Part shown: piece by piece, positions 7,901-10,233 of the stretch
Numbering within the stretch: the first letter of the stretch is position 1
How the letters are laid out: the number at the start of each line of letters is the position of its first letter
From: Azolla caroliniana
Taxonomy: Eukaryota; Plantae; Polypodiophyta
DNA length: 10,233 nt
Direction of reading: 5' to 3'
Assembly: GCA_043228905.1 (NCBI GenBank)
Contig: JBHGNT010001289.1
Coordinates: forward strand, 1 to 10,233
Notes under the pieces: model-generated
What the model saw: only the letters and a program-made list of their open reading frames with translations
Database searches by the model: none
What the model was told of the DNA's origin: nothing
Translations under genes and position numbers: made by a program

Positions 7901-8611
7901 GCTTTTTGACCTGGAGATCCAGCCTTTGACAATCAAAAGCAGATTCTCCTCGGGCCATCAAAGTTACAAGCAACAACAATTTATGCCACACCACTTCATT
8001 CTAGCCTTCTTGACACTATTCAGCAACAACTTCACTTTGATGATTTCGCTAAGGATGTCTTAGCCCACATTGGTTCAAACCGTCCATCTTGCTCCACATT
8101 GCAAGGGTCATCTCAACATTATCAAGACTTCAAGTGGCAAGATGGTTTACTCTTCTACAAGAATCTCCTTTACGTCCTTGATGGATCACCCCGACTTCAA
8201 GTGTTAGAACTTTGTCATGATGCCCCCATGGCTGGACATTTTGGTATTGCCAAGACCGTTGAGTTGGTGAAAGGTTCATTTTGGTGGCCTCACGTGCATA
8301 AATTTGTCGAAGATTACATTCGCACATGTGACACCTACTGTCGCACCAAAATACCCAGGCATCATCCTTATGGCTTACTACGACCATTACCACCTCCCAG
8401 CAAACCATGGCAGTCTATTTCTATGGATTTCATTACGGATCTACCACCTTCCAAAGGCTTTGATAGTATTTTAACAGTAGTGGATCAGTTCACAAAGATG
8501 GCACATTTTGTACCGTGTGTAAAGACCATTAGTAGTGAAGAAACTGCAGATCTCATTATGTGTGAGGTGTTTCGCCATCATGGTCTCCCAAATGATATTA
8601 TTAGCGATCGA
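7901..8611 (+). pseudogene. pol: Gypsy pol linker and integrase (HHCC zinc finger and first part of the DDE core), truncated by an insertion
   Basis: Frame +2, stop at 7907-7909, then CHDAPMAGHFG...FWWP...RTCDTYC...GLLRPLP...PWQSISMDFITDLP...VVDQFTKMAHF...HGLPNDIISDR. The expected continuation (GPQF-type) is replaced by unrelated sequence. Confidence 0.95.
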
Positions 8612-9147
8612 GTTAGAATGATAAGCTACAAAATGTTAACCATAATCGTTCTAATATTCACCAACACATGTGATGAACGTGGACACACCCCTATGCCACT
8701 CCGCCTCTACATCTCTCAAGAAGAAAACTAGAGAGCAATCAAACGCCCTTGAATACCAAGCGTCAAAGTCTCTAATTGTCATGTAGTAGACATTATAAAG
8801 ATAAGGGAATGTAAGTTACCTTGACGAGAAGCTATGGTAGGGAGACCATGAGCCAAACCCACATTGAAACCCTTCAACCCCCACTCATTTCCAAGAGACT
8901 TGGATAGAAATGAAACTAGTCTCAGCACGTAGCCATTCCTTTATAGAACGTACTACACCCCATCACACTTTTGTACCACACTATAATTCTTTTACTTGTG
9001 TTCCCTTTTCATGTTTAAATTCCATTATTGGACCTTTAAGCCGCTTTTATGGTTTAACTTTATTTTATTTTTGATGATTGGGTACACATCCGATTCTTGT
9101 ATCATTTGTCTCATGGGCCAACTTTGGTCTTAAAAGACGTTAATATA

Positions 9148-9149
<2 letters not shown>

Positions 9150-9202
<53 letters not shown>
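9150..9202. repeat. (TC)n microsatellite with one interruption
   Basis: About 26 TC units with a single TT at 9161-9162; explains the RE-repeat in the 9130..9387 ORF. Confidence 0.97.
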
Positions 9203-9204
<2 letters not shown>

Positions 9205-9937
9205 TATTCCAAGCCATTTTGGTCTCTTTAAAGAGGTATTAATATGTCTTTCTTTCTTTCTATGTGATAGACAAATAGGGTCTACATATGTATGTATGTA
9301 TGTACGTGAATGATATGGTCTCTGCCCATCCTGACCCTTCTTCTTTTCCTTTAGGTTTTGTCCGCCTAGGAGTCCTTTGAGAATCAATTGGGTACACAGC
9401 CCCCTACGATTACCCTCATTGTCTCACCATTAATACATAGGTTGCCACCATCCCAAAAGAAAATCTCACACGCGTACACAAGCTTGCTTCATAAATATGT
9501 ATATGATGAAATAACAAAGAATGTTTGTTCATACCTTGTTTCAAATCCATATTTGGAAATTGATCATGGAGAAATGATCAAGAGAACCCTTTCTGTTGAT
9601 TTGTTACTATTGCCATAAATGCTTGATCATTGGTGAGCTATGACACCTTCTTTTTTTTTCTTGGCACATGAATCAATAGGAAGAAATGTCCTATAGTATT
9701 GTTGACATCACATTATATGTTAAATCAGTTGTGAAGTATAGTGGTTACAAACACCATATCCACAAGTGGACAAAACCGCTAAAATATATCATCACCTTTG
9801 GACCATGACAAATATACATCCTTTTTATCTTAAGCATCTCAATACACTCCAGCCATGAGAAACAAAAGAACATACTCGACTTCTATGGAGCATTAAGGAA
9901 TTTTCCATAAACATATTGTTGCCAATTGCAGGTTAAT

Positions 9938-10233
9938 TGAACTTTATTAGAAATCCATGTCCAGCACGCTATCTTTTACACAATCCTTACAATTACCTAG
10001 AATCATGAAATCTTTAAGAAATGGGATTTGAGGAGCGGGCATTATTGTGGTCAGACACAAGTGCTCATTACATCTCTAACACGAGACGGAATTTCGCAAC
10101 CACCATAAGTTCCCTAAGATCTCTTCACTCCTATACTTTTCATGAACTTTATTAGAAATCCATGCCCAACACACTATCTTTTACACAGTCCTTACAATTA
10201 CCTAGAATCATGAAATCTTTAAGAAACGGGATT
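9938..10233. repeat. Direct repeat with 205-bp period, second copy cut by the window edge
   Basis: 9938-10028 and 10143-10233 (TGAACTTTATTAGAAATCCATG...TCTTTAAGAAAYGGGATT) match at 86 of 91 positions; all five differences are transitions. Confidence 0.95.

Larger units (their letters stand above)
959..8611 (+). mobile_element. Host Ty3/Gypsy LTR retrotransposon internal region (pol), Tcn1-like chromovirus, defective and interrupted by nested insertions
   Basis: Domain order RT - RNase H - integrase defines Ty3/Gypsy. Motifs [38 protein letters not shown] and PWQSISMDFITDLP are of the fungal/bryophyte chromovirus type. Clade assignment is by recognition only. Confidence 0.92.
8611..10233 (-). 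mobile_element. Third insertion interrupting integrase; probably the 3' LTR (about 8611-9398) and 3' non-coding region of an antisense LTR retrotransposon
   Basis: Abrupt loss of integrase similarity at AGTTAGAATG (would be TGTTAG with one change). Minus-strand CTATAAAGG at 8946-8938. Candidate other end ...GGGTACACA at 9398 followed by GCCCCCT (minus AGGGGGC, PPT-like). The junction is solid; the LTR reading is tentative. Confidence 0.5.

Noticed and set aside
8099-8731. 210-aa ORF as an intact integrase
   Set aside because: Starts at TTG inside pol, lacks the catalytic Glu and C-terminus, and reads into the insertion after IISDR.
9761-9770. CACAAGTGGA matching part of the TIR
   Set aside because: Only 10 bp, without the terminal AACACG or a partner; expected by chance.

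Overview
AT-rich, eukaryotic, repeat-only window with no intact gene. It looks like a land plant, probably a moss such as Physcomitrium (inference). It is a nest of mobile elements. The host is a decayed Ty3/Gypsy pol on the + strand (RT, RNase H, integrase; resembles the fungal-type Tcn1 chromovirus clade), visible at 959-1334 and 6881-8611. It is interrupted three times. (1) At 958/959 by an antisense LTR retrotransposon with a 449-bp 5' LTR, a tRNA-iMet PBS and a leader carrying 56-bp hairpin repeats. (2) Inside RT by a complete 5,542-bp cut-and-paste element (1335-6876) with perfect 26-bp TIRs and a 4-bp ATTG target-site duplication; removing it restores the RT frame exactly. (3) Inside integrase at about 8611 by another, probably LTR-type, insertion. 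The TIR element is the most interesting object. It carries what looks like only the decayed 3' end of a Sola1-like transposase and a 1.5-kb internal inverted repeat (4056-5561) centred on an array of 31-bp palindromes. The GATAC..GTATC core of those palindromes also occurs near both element ends.
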